This document shows, one piece after another, positions 35,582 to 44,872 of a DNA stretch of 64,000 nucleotides. The position numbers were made by a program, and so were the translations under genes. The notes below the pieces were generated by a model. The model searched no databases, had not been told where the DNA came from, and saw only the letters and a program-made list of their open reading frames with translations. The stretch lies in contig CABYYA010000004.1 of assembly GCA_902523125.1 (NCBI GenBank), positions 3,421-67,420 on the forward strand, read 5' to 3'. The DNA is from an uncultured Pelagibacteraceae bacterium. GTDB taxonomy: Bacteria; Pseudomonadota; Alphaproteobacteria; Pelagibacterales; Pelagibacteraceae. Each line of letters starts with the position of its first letter. Positions within the stretch are counted from its first letter, which is position 1.

Positions 35582-37654
35582 ATGACAGAATTTTTTTTAG
35601 AGCTATTTAGTGAAGAAATTCCTGCTGGGCTTCAAAAAAATTTAAGAGAAAAAATTTTCGAAGATTTTAAAAATTTATTTGAGGAAAAATCAATAAGATC
35701 AAAAAAAAATTTTTCTTTTTCAACTCCAAATAGGTTAGTTCTAGTTTTTGAAGGCCTAGATAAACAAATTAAAATAAAATCTAAAGAGATTAAAGGCCCT
35801 AAAACTAGCGCTCCTGAACAAGCGTTGGAGGGTTTTTTGAGCTCAAACAAAATTAACAAAAAGGATTTATTTAAAAAAAAAACCGAAAAGGATGAATTTT
35901 ATTTTTACAAAACTGTAGCAACCACATTAAAAACACATGATTTACTCACTGAATTCATTCCAAAAATTTTGAGTAACTACCAATGGAAAAAATCAATGAA
36001 ATGGGGTGAATTTGATTTAAATTGGGGAAGACCATTAAAATCAATTTTATCAATATTTGATAAAAAAATTGTAAGTTTTAAATTTCATCATTTAGCTTCT
36101 TCAAATTTGACTTTTTTAGATAAAGATTTTGAGGAAAAAAAAAAATCTTTTGAAAATTTTAAGAAATATGAAAAATTTTTTGAAGATAATGGAGTTGTTA
36201 TTAATCAAAATAAAAGATTAAAGATAATCAATAAATCTTTTTTAAAGATATTAGGGAAAAAAGGGTTAAAAATTAATGAAAATCCTAAATTAATGGATGA
36301 GGTTGTAAATTTAGTAGACAGCCCAAATGTTTTATTGTGCAAATTTGATAAAAAATTTTTATCGGTTCCTAAAGAGATTTTGACCCTAACAATGGAGTCT
36401 CACCAGAAATATTTTCCAACATTTAATGACAAAAATGAAATTACAAATGAATTTTTAATCGTAACAAATAAAAAAGACAAAAAAGGTTTCATTAAAATAG
36501 GCAATGAAAGAGTGGTTGATGCAAGATTAAGTGATGCAGAATTTTTTTGGAATAAAGATAAAACTCAAAATTTAGTAAAAAAGGTGTCAGAATTAAAATC
36601 AATGAATTTTTTTAAAGGGCTTGGATCTTATTTTGACAAAGTTCAACGAATGAGAAAAATTGGTGGGATGATTTCAGATGAATTGTTAATTAGTAAAGAG
36701 AAAGTAGAATTGTTAGCATCAATTTGTAAGACTGATCTTACTTCTGATCTTGTTGGTGAATTTCCTGAACTTCAGGGGCTTATGGGAGGGTACTTTTCTG
36801 AATATCAAGGATTTGATAAAGATATTTCTTTAGCTATTTCTGAGCAATATTTACCAATTGGGCTCAATTCAATTATTCCAAAAAAACCATTCAGTGTCAC
36901 GTTATCAATTACAGATAAGATTGATACCTTAGTTGGTTTTTTTGGTATTAACGAGAAACCTACAAGTTCAAAGGATCCATTAGCATTAAGGAGAATTGCT
37001 CTAGGTATTATAAGAACCACTATAGAAAATAGAAAGAATTTGAAAATAAATGATCTTTTGAATTATTCCTCACGCCTTTACGATGACCAGGGATACAATC
37101 TCGAAAACAAAGATTTACAAAAAGAATTAAAAGATTTTTTAAAAGATAGATTTAGATACTATCTTAAAGACAAAGAAATACGTTATGATATAATTGAGGC
37201 AACTTTATCATCATTTTCATTAAATAATTTATTTTCGTCTTTTGAAAAAGCAAAATGTCTTAATAAGGTAATTAACACCCAAATTGGTAAAGACATCAAT
37301 TCAAGTTATAAAAGAGCATCAAACATTTTAGATCATGAGATGAAAAATAACGAAATTGAAATAAATGATACAACTGATCCTGGTATTTTTAAAAGTGATT
37401 TTGAAAAAAACTTATATAAAAAAATTAATGATATTAAAAAATATTATTCTACCATAAACAGTGATGAAAATTGTGAAAAATCATTATCAATTTTAGCTGA
37501 AACTAAAAAAGAAGTTTTCGAATTTTTTGATAATGTAAAAGTTAATGAGGATAATGAAACTTTAAGAAAAAATCGTTTGGAACTTATTAATATGTTATGT
37601 AAAACGTTTCAAAATTATACAAATTTTCGATTTTTAAAGGCTCATAGTGAATAA
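35582..37654 (+). CDS. glyS: Glycine-tRNA ligase beta subunit
   Basis: ELFSEEIP, ARLSDAEFF, EFPELQG and KDPLALRR motifs. Confidence 0.96.
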   Translation: MTEFFLELFSEEIPAGLQKNLREKIFEDFKNLFEEKSIRSKKNFSFSTPNRLVLVFEGLDKQIKIKSKEIKGPKTSAPEQALEGFLSSNKINKKDLFKKKTEKDEFYFYKTVATTLKTHDLLTEFIPKILSNYQWKKSMKWGEFDLNWGRPLKSILSIFDKKIVSFKFHHLASSNLTFLDKDFEEKKKSFENFKKYEKFFEDNGVVINQNKRLKIINKSFLKILGKKGLKINENPKLMDEVVNLVDSPNVLLCKFDKKFLSVPKEILTLTMESHQKYFPTFNDKNEITNEFLIVTNKKDKKGFIKIGNERVVDARLSDAEFFWNKDKTQNLVKKVSELKSMNFFKGLGSYFDKVQRMRKIGGMISDELLISKEKVELLASICKTDLTSDLVGEFPELQGLMGGYFSEYQGFDKDISLAISEQYLPIGLNSIIPKKPFSVTLSITDKIDTLVGFFGINEKPTSSKDPLALRRIALGIIRTTIENRKNLKINDLLNYSSRLYDDQGYNLENKDLQKELKDFLKDRFRYYLKDKEIRYDIIEATLSSFSLNNLFSSFEKAKCLNKVINTQIGKDINSSYKRASNILDHEMKNNEIEINDTTDPGIFKSDFEKNLYKKINDIKKYYSTINSDENCEKSLSILAETKKEVFEFFDNVKVNEDNETLRKNRLELINMLCKTFQNYTNFRFLKAHSE

Positions 37655-40313
37655 GTTAATTCTTAATTTTAAGTCTAAAGATTCAAAAAAAATAAAAAAT
37701 CCAAAAAATTTTTTAGGTGGTAAAGGGGTAAATTTATCTGAAATGGGAAGAATGGGTTTACCAGTGCCGCCTGGTTTTACCATCTCAACAAAAGTGTGCG
37801 AAATTTTTTATAAGGATAAAAAAAGATTAAATTCCAAATTACTTAGCCAAATAAAAAAAGAAATTAAAACAATAGAAAAAGATGTATCAAAAAAATTTGG
37901 AGATTTAAAAAATCCTCTTCTTTTATCAGTTCGATCTGGAGCAAGAGTTTCAATGCCAGGTATGATGGATACAATTCTGAATTTAGGACTAAATGACAAA
38001 ACAGTTGTTGCTTTGGCTAACAAAACATCCAATGGAAGATTTGCGAAAGATAGCTATAGAAGATTCATCCAGATGTACGGAAATGTAGTCATGGGTGTTG
38101 AAAGTTACAATTTTGAGGAATTGATAGAAAATTATAAGTTAACAAAAGGTGTATTGCTTGATACGGATCTCGATGAAGAGGATTGGGATGGTTTAATAAA
38201 TGATTTTAAGAATGTAGTTAAAGAAAAGACTAGTAAAGATTTTCCTCAAGATGTTTATCATCAATTATTCGGGGCAATAAGTGCTGTATTTTTATCTTGG
38301 GACAGCAAAAGAGCGAAAGTTTACAGAAAGTTGAATCAAATTCCTTCTGAATGGGGAACAGCTGTTAATGTACAATCTATGGTTTTTGGAAATATGGGTA
38401 ATGATTGTGCAACAGGAGTTGCCTTCACTAGAAACCCTTCAGATGGGTCAAATGATATTTATGGAGAATATTTGATTAATGCTCAGGGAGAAGATGTTGT
38501 AGCTGGAACAAGAACTCCACAGTACATTACAAAGAAGGCAAAAAAAGAGGCAAAAGTTGATGATGCATCTATGGAAGAGTCGATGCCAGAAGTATATCAC
38601 GAATTATATAAAATTTTAAAAAAACTAGAGACACATTATAAGGATATGCAAGATGTAGAGTTCACTGTTGAAAGTAATAAACTTTGGATATTACAAACTC
38701 GATCTGGAAAAAGAACATCAAAATCTGCAGTAAAAATTGCTGTTGATATGGTTAAAGAAAAGTTAATCAATAAAAACGATGCTGTTTTAAGAGTTGATCC
38801 TAACTCTTTAGACACGCTTTTGCATCCTACTTTAGATGAAAGAAGTTCAATCAAAGTTATAGCAAATGGTCTTCCAGCGTCTCCTGGTGCAGTAAGTGGA
38901 AAAGTAGTTTTCAGCTCAGAGGAGGCTGAAAGGTTAAATGATATGATGCAAGATACAATTTTAGTTAGAGTTGAAACTTCTCCAGAAGATATTCAAGGAA
39001 TGCATGCTGCAAAGGGAATTTTAACTTCAAGGGGAGGTATGACTAGTCATGCTGCAGTTGTAGCTAGGGGAATGGGAAGACCTTGTGTTTCTGGTTCAAG
39101 TGAAATTGAAATTAATTACGATAAAAAAGTTTTTAAAACATCTTTGGCTGAGATCAAAGAAGGTGAAACAATTACTATTGACGGTTCTACGGGAAGAATA
39201 ATTTTAGGTACAGTTCCAACTATAAAACCTGAGATATCAGGAGATTTTTCAAAATTGATGAGCTGGGCTGATAAAATTAGAAAACTTAAAGTACGAACTA
39301 ACTCTGAGACTCCTCTAGACACTAAAACCGCTAGAGATTTTGGTGCAGAGGGAATTGGACTTTGCAGGACCGAACATATGTTTTTTGATGAGGAAAGAAT
39401 TTTATCAGTGCGAGAAATGATTTTATCAAAAACGCTAGATGATAGATCTAATGCTTTAAAAAAGATTCTACCGCATCAAAAAAAAGATTTTATTGAGATA
39501 TTCAAGATTATGCATGGTCTTCCAGTTACTGTAAGATTATTAGATCCACCATTACATGAATTTTTACCGAAATCTGATAAAGAAATTTCTGAAGTAGCTA
39601 ATGTTGTTGGATCAGACAAAAAAGATATTGAAAGCAGGATAGAAGAACTTCATGAACAAAATCCAATGTTAGGACATAGAGGTTGTAGACTTGGCATTTC
39701 ATTTCCTGAAATTTATGAGATGCAATGTAGAGCGATATTTGAGGCTCTTGCAGACTTAAAAAAAAACAAACAAAAATTTGCTTTTCCTGAGATAATGATT
39801 CCTTTAGTTTCAACTGAAGCCGAGATTAAAATAATGAAAGATTTAGTAATCAAAACAGCAAGAAAAGTTCAAAAAGAAAATAAAACAAAAATTGAATTTC
39901 TTGTGGGCACAATGATTGAGTTACCTAGAGCAGCAATTAAGGCTGATGATATTGCGAAACATGCTGAATTCTTTAGTTTTGGCACTAACGATTTAACACA
40001 AACAACCTTTGGAATAAGTAGAGACGATAGTGGTAAATTTTTAAATGATTATATAGACAATAAGATTTTTACTATTGATCCGTTTGTATCCATTGATGAC
40101 GGAGTGAAAGATTTAGTCGAAATAGCGGTTTCTAAAGGAAAAAAACAAAATAAAAAAATTAAATTAGGTATTTGTGGTGAACATGGTGGCGATCCAAAGA
40201 GCATTAAATTTTGTTCAAAAGCTGGGCTTGATTATATTTCCTGTTCACCTTACAGAGTTCCTATAGCTAGATTAGCAGCGGCACAGGCTGAGCTTACGAA
40301 AAATAAAAATTAA
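37647..40313 (+). CDS. ppdK: Pyruvate, phosphate dikinase
   Basis: SVRSGA..SMPGMM, GGMTSHAAVVAR, GTNDLTQ and GICGEHGG motifs. Confidence 0.98.
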   Translation: MNKLILNFKSKDSKKIKNPKNFLGGKGVNLSEMGRMGLPVPPGFTISTKVCEIFYKDKKRLNSKLLSQIKKEIKTIEKDVSKKFGDLKNPLLLSVRSGARVSMPGMMDTILNLGLNDKTVVALANKTSNGRFAKDSYRRFIQMYGNVVMGVESYNFEELIENYKLTKGVLLDTDLDEEDWDGLINDFKNVVKEKTSKDFPQDVYHQLFGAISAVFLSWDSKRAKVYRKLNQIPSEWGTAVNVQSMVFGNMGNDCATGVAFTRNPSDGSNDIYGEYLINAQGEDVVAGTRTPQYITKKAKKEAKVDDASMEESMPEVYHELYKILKKLETHYKDMQDVEFTVESNKLWILQTRSGKRTSKSAVKIAVDMVKEKLINKNDAVLRVDPNSLDTLLHPTLDERSSIKVIANGLPASPGAVSGKVVFSSEEAERLNDMMQDTILVRVETSPEDIQGMHAAKGILTSRGGMTSHAAVVARGMGRPCVSGSSEIEINYDKKVFKTSLAEIKEGETITIDGSTGRIILGTVPTIKPEISGDFSKLMSWADKIRKLKVRTNSETPLDTKTARDFGAEGIGLCRTEHMFFDEERILSVREMILSKTLDDRSNALKKILPHQKKDFIEIFKIMHGLPVTVRLLDPPLHEFLPKSDKEISEVANVVGSDKKDIESRIEELHEQNPMLGHRGCRLGISFPEIYEMQCRAIFEALADLKKNKQKFAFPEIMIPLVSTEAEIKIMKDLVIKTARKVQKENKTKIEFLVGTMIELPRAAIKADDIAKHAEFFSFGTNDLTQTTFGISRDDSGKFLNDYIDNKIFTIDPFVSIDDGVKDLVEIAVSKGKKQNKKIKLGICGEHGGDPKSIKFCSKAGLDYISCSPYRVPIARLAAAQAELTKNKN

Positions 40314-40327
40314 AAAAATCAAATAAT

Positions 40328-41161
40328 CTAGATTTCTAGTTTGAAATCTATAGCTGGGGCACTATGAGTAATGCTCCCGATTGAAATTCTATCTACCCCA
40401 GTCATAGCGATAGATTTTACAGTTTTAAGATTTATATTCCCTGAGGCTTCTGTTTCATAATATTTTTTGACAAGTTTTACACCTGCTCTAAGATTTTTAA
40501 TACTCATATTATCAAACAAAATAGTATTAAATTTAAGACCAATAATCTTTTTCAGTTGCTTTAAATCATCCACTTCAACAGTAATTTTTTTTCTTTTTTT
40601 ATTTTTTATTGCCAATGAAACTAATTCTTTTAAATCAGAACTAGCGATATGATTATCTTTAATCAAAAATTCATCACTTAAATTAAATCTATGATTTGTA
40701 CCACCTCCTAATTTAACTGCATATTTTTGAATAACTCTATAATTTGGTAAAGTTTTTCGGGTACAGCAAATTTTGCACTTTTTTCCAGCTAGTTTTACAA
40801 ATTGATTTGTTTTTGTAGCTATTCCAGAAATATGAGATAAGAAATTTAATGCAACCCTTTCTGCAATCATTATAGAATTAGCTTTACCTTTTATTAGTGC
40901 TATTACAGAATTTTTTTTGACTGTGGACCCATCTTTTTTTTTTAATATAAACTTAATTTTTTTGTCAACTTGCTTAAAAGATTGTTTTACAAATAACAAA
41001 CCTGCAACAACTGCTTTTTGATTAGAAATTATTTTCGCCTCAATAATTTTATTATTATTTATAAGGTTAGATGTTATATCTCCAAAAGGATATAAATCCT
41101 CAGTTAAAGCAATTTTTACTCTGTCTTTGATAAACGTTTCACTTAATTTAATTTTTGACAC
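40328..41161 (-). CDS. nadC: Nicotinate-nucleotide diphosphorylase (quinolinate PRTase)
   Basis: CTRKT, NHRFNLSD, KDNH and EASG motifs. Confidence 0.95.
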   Translation of the reverse strand: MSKIKLSETFIKDRVKIALTEDLYPFGDITSNLINNNKIIEAKIISNQKAVVAGLLFVKQSFKQVDKKIKFILKKKDGSTVKKNSVIALIKGKANSIMIAERVALNFLSHISGIATKTNQFVKLAGKKCKICCTRKTLPNYRVIQKYAVKLGGGTNHRFNLSDEFLIKDNHIASSDLKELVSLAIKNKKRKKITVEVDDLKQLKKIIGLKFNTILFDNMSIKNLRAGVKLVKKYYETEASGNINLKTVKSIAMTGVDRISIGSITHSAPAIDFKLEI

Positions 41162-41167
41162 GAAGTG

Positions 41168-42163
41168 TTATCTACCGATAGCAACCATTTTTTCTACTGA
41201 CAATCTAGCTTTATCAATTGTTTCTTGGTCCATGATAATTTCACCGGTTTCATTTTCTAAACAGTCTAATATTTTTGGTAAAGTAATTTTTTTCATATGT
41301 GGACACATATTACATGGTCTTATAAATTCAACGTTTGGATTTTCAACCTGAATGTTATCACTCATTGAACATTCAGTTACCATCATTACTTTTTTAGGTT
41401 GATTATTTTTAACGTAATTAATCATTCCAGATGTTGATCCTGCAAAATCACTTGCTTTAATAACTTCTGGTGGACACTCAGGATGTGCAATTATTTTAAT
41501 TCCAGGATTATTTTTCCTTATACTCTTAATTTCGTTTTCGTTGAATTGATCATGAACAATACAAATTCCTTTCCATGAGATAATTTCAACGTCGGTTTGT
41601 GAGGCGACATATTTAGCTAAATAGTCGTCAGGTAAAAAAATAACTTTTTTCACACCTAAGGATTTAACAATTTTAACTGCATTAGCAGATGTACAACATA
41701 CATCTGTTTCAGCTTTTACATCAGCAGATGTATTTACATACGAGACAACAGGAACTCCTGGATATTTTTCTTTTAACAATCTGACATCTTTACCTGTAAT
41801 TGAAGAGGATAATGAACAACCTGCCTTCATGTCTGGTAATAAAACCTTTTTATTTGGACTCATTAATTTTGCAGTCTCAGCCATAAAGTGAACTCCAGCC
41901 ATAACAATTATATCTGCTGAGGTTTTTGATGCTTCAACAGCAAGGGCTAAAGAGTCTGCAGAAAAATCTGCAATACCGTGATAAATTTCTGGAGTTTGAT
42001 AATTATGAGCGAGTATTACTGCATTTTTCTCTTTTTTTAATTTATTAATTTTATGGATATAAGGAGCATGGACTGCCCATTCAATCTCAGGCATAACCTT
42101 TGAAATTTTCTTATAAATTGTATCAGTTGCTAATTTTACTTCTTGATTAAAATCCATAAACAA
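41168..42163 (-). CDS. nadA: Quinolinate synthase
   Basis: LAHNYQ, GVHFMAETA, AHPEC and CPHM motifs; the start may be the ATG at 42157. Confidence 0.95.
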   Translation of the reverse strand: MFMDFNQEVKLATDTIYKKISKVMPEIEWAVHAPYIHKINKLKKEKNAVILAHNYQTPEIYHGIADFSADSLALAVEASKTSADIIVMAGVHFMAETAKLMSPNKKVLLPDMKAGCSLSSSITGKDVRLLKEKYPGVPVVSYVNTSADVKAETDVCCTSANAVKIVKSLGVKKVIFLPDDYLAKYVASQTDVEIISWKGICIVHDQFNENEIKSIRKNNPGIKIIAHPECPPEVIKASDFAGSTSGMINYVKNNQPKKVMMVTECSMSDNIQVENPNVEFIRPCNMCPHMKKITLPKILDCLENETGEIIMDQETIDKARLSVEKMVAIGR

Positions 42164-42214
42164 AATTTATCAATTTGAAACCTACTTGTCATTGATTTAA
42201 TGTGGGTCATATTT

Positions 42215-42300
42215 GCGGCCATGCTGAAATTGGTAGACAGGCACGGTTGAGGGCCGTGTGGACCTAGTCCATGAGAGTTCGAGTCTCTCTGGCCGCACCA
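42215..42300 (+). tRNA. tRNA-Leu (anticodon GAG)
   Basis: Acceptor stem GCGGCCA/TGGCCGC, anticodon arm CACGG-TT-GAG-GG-CCGTG, long variable arm, GTTCGAG, CCA. Confidence 0.95.
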
Positions 42301-42308
42301 CCAAAAAT

Positions 42309-43196
42309 TTAAATTTTCAACCATTCAGGTATGAATATTTTAAATGATCCATTTTTACTTTTTAAAATAAGATCTTTATTAAAATTTTCATTAGAAAATT
42401 TTATCAAAGCAAATGGATACTCTTCATTTATCAAAATTTTCCCAATTTCAATATCATTACAGTATACAGTTTCGCCCTCATCGAGCTTTCCATCAATTAT
42501 CTCAACTGGCAATAACCTTTTAGAAAGTTTATTTTTAAGTTTAATTCTAGCGGTGTTTTCCTGTCCTACGTAACACCCTTTTTTAAAATCAATACCATTA
42601 AGTTCTTCAAAATTACACTCAATACCAAATAATTTATTTTTTAATTTATTTAAATTCTTTGGAACAATCCCAAGTTTGTGACTTTGATTATAATAGTCCT
42701 CAATTTTATCATCTTTTAATTCAAGTTTTTTTAGGGACAAATAAAGTTTTTCTAAATTAATTATTAACCTAGCACCCAAATTTTTATTTCTTGGATCTAG
42801 AATTATTGGATCTTCTCTATATCTTATTGTAAAACCAAGAACATCCTTTGAATTATTAATTGATAAATATTTTTTATAACCAAAACTCGCAACAACAAAT
42901 TCATTGCTAAGATTAAGGATTTCCACTTTAGATCTTATTTTATATGAGTTTAATTGTGTTAAAATTTCTTCAGATTGAGATTTTTCACAATCAATAAAAA
43001 AACCTGACTTATGCTTCACAACAATAAATTCATAAAGAAATTTGCCTTGAGGGGTTAATAATGAGGCAAAACAACTTGAGCTATTTGTAACTTTATTAAT
43101 GTCATTGCTAATTAAATTTTGCAAGAAGTCTCTAGCATCCTGACCATTTACATAAAGAATGGCTCTATCTTTTAATATATAAACACTATTATTCAT
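42309..43196 (-). CDS. ygfZ: Folate-binding Fe-S repair protein YgfZ
   Basis: KGCYVGQE signature; start moved to ATG 43196 to avoid overlapping pyrC. Confidence 0.92.
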   Translation of the reverse strand: MNNSVYILKDRAILYVNGQDARDFLQNLISNDINKVTNSSSCFASLLTPQGKFLYEFIVVKHKSGFFIDCEKSQSEEILTQLNSYKIRSKVEILNLSNEFVVASFGYKKYLSINNSKDVLGFTIRYREDPIILDPRNKNLGARLIINLEKLYLSLKKLELKDDKIEDYYNQSHKLGIVPKNLNKLKNKLFGIECNFEELNGIDFKKGCYVGQENTARIKLKNKLSKRLLPVEIIDGKLDEGETVYCNDIEIGKILINEEYPFALIKFSNENFNKDLILKSKNGSFKIFIPEWLKI

Positions 43197-43239
43197 ATTT
43201 GATTGATCGTTAAATTTAATATAATAACTTTTTTTGTAA

Positions 43240-44547
43240 ATGTTAGATCTAATAATCAAAGATGGGCAATGTTATATCAATGGAAAACTAGAGGATAAGG
43301 ATATTGCCGTTAAAGATGGTAAAATATTAAAAATTGGTCAAATATCAGAAGAGGCAAAAGAAGTCTATGATGCTAAAAATAAAATTGCCTTACCTGGCTG
43401 TATAGATACTCAGACTCACTTCAGAGAACCGGGTTCTACAGACACAGAAGATCTTCACTCAGGAAGTAGAGCAGCAGTAGCTGGAGGAATTACAGCGGTA
43501 TTTGAAATGCCAAACACCAAACCTCCAACCTCAAACTTAAAAGAATTTCAAAGAAAATTGGATCTTGCAAAAAACAGAATGTATTGCAATTACGCTTTCT
43601 ATTTTGGTGCTACAGCAGGTAACGTTAGTCAACTCGCTGAGTTAAAAAATTTAGAGGGCTGTTGTGGGATCAAATTGTTTGTAGGTTCTTCAACAGGTAA
43701 TCTCTTAGTAGCACTAGAGGAAGATATTGATAAAGTTTTTCAAAATAGTTCAAAGGTAGTTGCAGTTCACTCTGAGGACGAAGAAATCTTAAATAAGAAT
43801 AAAAAATTGGTTAAAAATGGCGATGTGCACTCCCATCCTATTTGGAGAAGTGAGGAATGTGCAATTTCTTCGACTAGAAGAATAGTAAGGCTAGCAAAAA
43901 AATATAATAAGAAAGCGCATGTACTTCATATTACCACTAAACAAGAAGTAGATTTTTTATCTCAACATAAAGGTAATATTACTTTTGAAATTACGCCACA
44001 ACATTTAACAATTTATGCACCTGATTGTTATGATAAACTTGGAACCTACGCGCAGATGAATCCACCAATAAGAGATAAGTCTCACTATGATCGATTATGG
44101 TATGCAGTAAGAAATAATTTAAATGATACAATTGGCTCGGATCATGCACCACATCTAAAAGTAAATAAAGATAAAGAATATCCTAATTCTCCATCAGGCA
44201 TGCCTGGTGTCCAAACACTTATGCCAGTAATGTTAGATCATGTTAATCATGGAAAATTATCACTCACTCAACTAATAAATCTAGTGTGCGAAAATCCAAT
44301 AAAAATATTTGGGATACAGAACAAAGGATACATTAAAGAAGGATTTGATGCTGATTTTACTATTGTTGATATGAATAAGAAAATAACAATTAAAAATGAG
44401 AATATAGAAAGTAAATGTGGATGGTCACCTTTTAATGATGTTGAATTTAAAGGAACACCTGTAGCAACAATAATCTCTGGTAAAATAAAGATGAGGGATG
44501 GAAAGATTTTAGGTGACCCTGAGGGTACCCCTTTAAAATTTAGTTAA
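43240..44547 (+). CDS. pyrC: Dihydroorotase
   Basis: HFREPG, EMPNT, MNPPIR and GSDHAPH motifs. Confidence 0.9.
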   Translation: MLDLIIKDGQCYINGKLEDKDIAVKDGKILKIGQISEEAKEVYDAKNKIALPGCIDTQTHFREPGSTDTEDLHSGSRAAVAGGITAVFEMPNTKPPTSNLKEFQRKLDLAKNRMYCNYAFYFGATAGNVSQLAELKNLEGCCGIKLFVGSSTGNLLVALEEDIDKVFQNSSKVVAVHSEDEEILNKNKKLVKNGDVHSHPIWRSEECAISSTRRIVRLAKKYNKKAHVLHITTKQEVDFLSQHKGNITFEITPQHLTIYAPDCYDKLGTYAQMNPPIRDKSHYDRLWYAVRNNLNDTIGSDHAPHLKVNKDKEYPNSPSGMPGVQTLMPVMLDHVNHGKLSLTQLINLVCENPIKIFGIQNKGYIKEGFDADFTIVDMNKKITIKNENIESKCGWSPFNDVEFKGTPVATIISGKIKMRDGKILGDPEGTPLKFS

Positions 44548-44872
44548 TTTTTACGGTAAAACTATTAACCAGTATTACACCAACAACAATAAGAAACAGA
44601 CCTGCAATAGCCTGCCAAGCTAAAGTTTGTTTAAAAAAGAAATATCCAAGCAAAGCTATTGTAAATACTCCAAGTCCGCTCCAAGTGGCATAAACAATTG
44701 CAATTGGCAGTTTATCCATAACAAATGTCATCAAGTAGAATGACACTAGATAAAATACTGTTAAGCAAATTGTTGGAATAATCCTGGTAAAGTTTTGCGA
44801 AACAGGCAATAACATTGTTCCAGCTACCTCACAAAATATAGCAATAAGTAAAAAAGAATACGTTTTAACCAT
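44540..44872 (-). CDS. SMR/DMT family small multidrug transporter
   Basis: 110 aa with 4 TMs, conserved TM1 Glu (AIFCEV), YATWSGLG motif. Confidence 0.9.
   Translation of the reverse strand: MVKTYSFLLIAIFCEVAGTMLLPVSQNFTRIIPTICLTVFYLVSFYLMTFVMDKLPIAIVYATWSGLGVFTIALLGYFFFKQTLAWQAIAGLFLIVVGVILVNSFTVKIN

Noticed and set aside
37715-37740. PpdK reads GGKGVNL instead of the usual GGKGANL
   Set aside because: A single conservative change that keeps the Lys; it cannot be distinguished from polymorphism or error.
42297-42303. tRNA-Leu followed by a second CCA (CCACCA)
   Set aside because: A 3-nt match is easily chance and would be trimmed during 3' processing.
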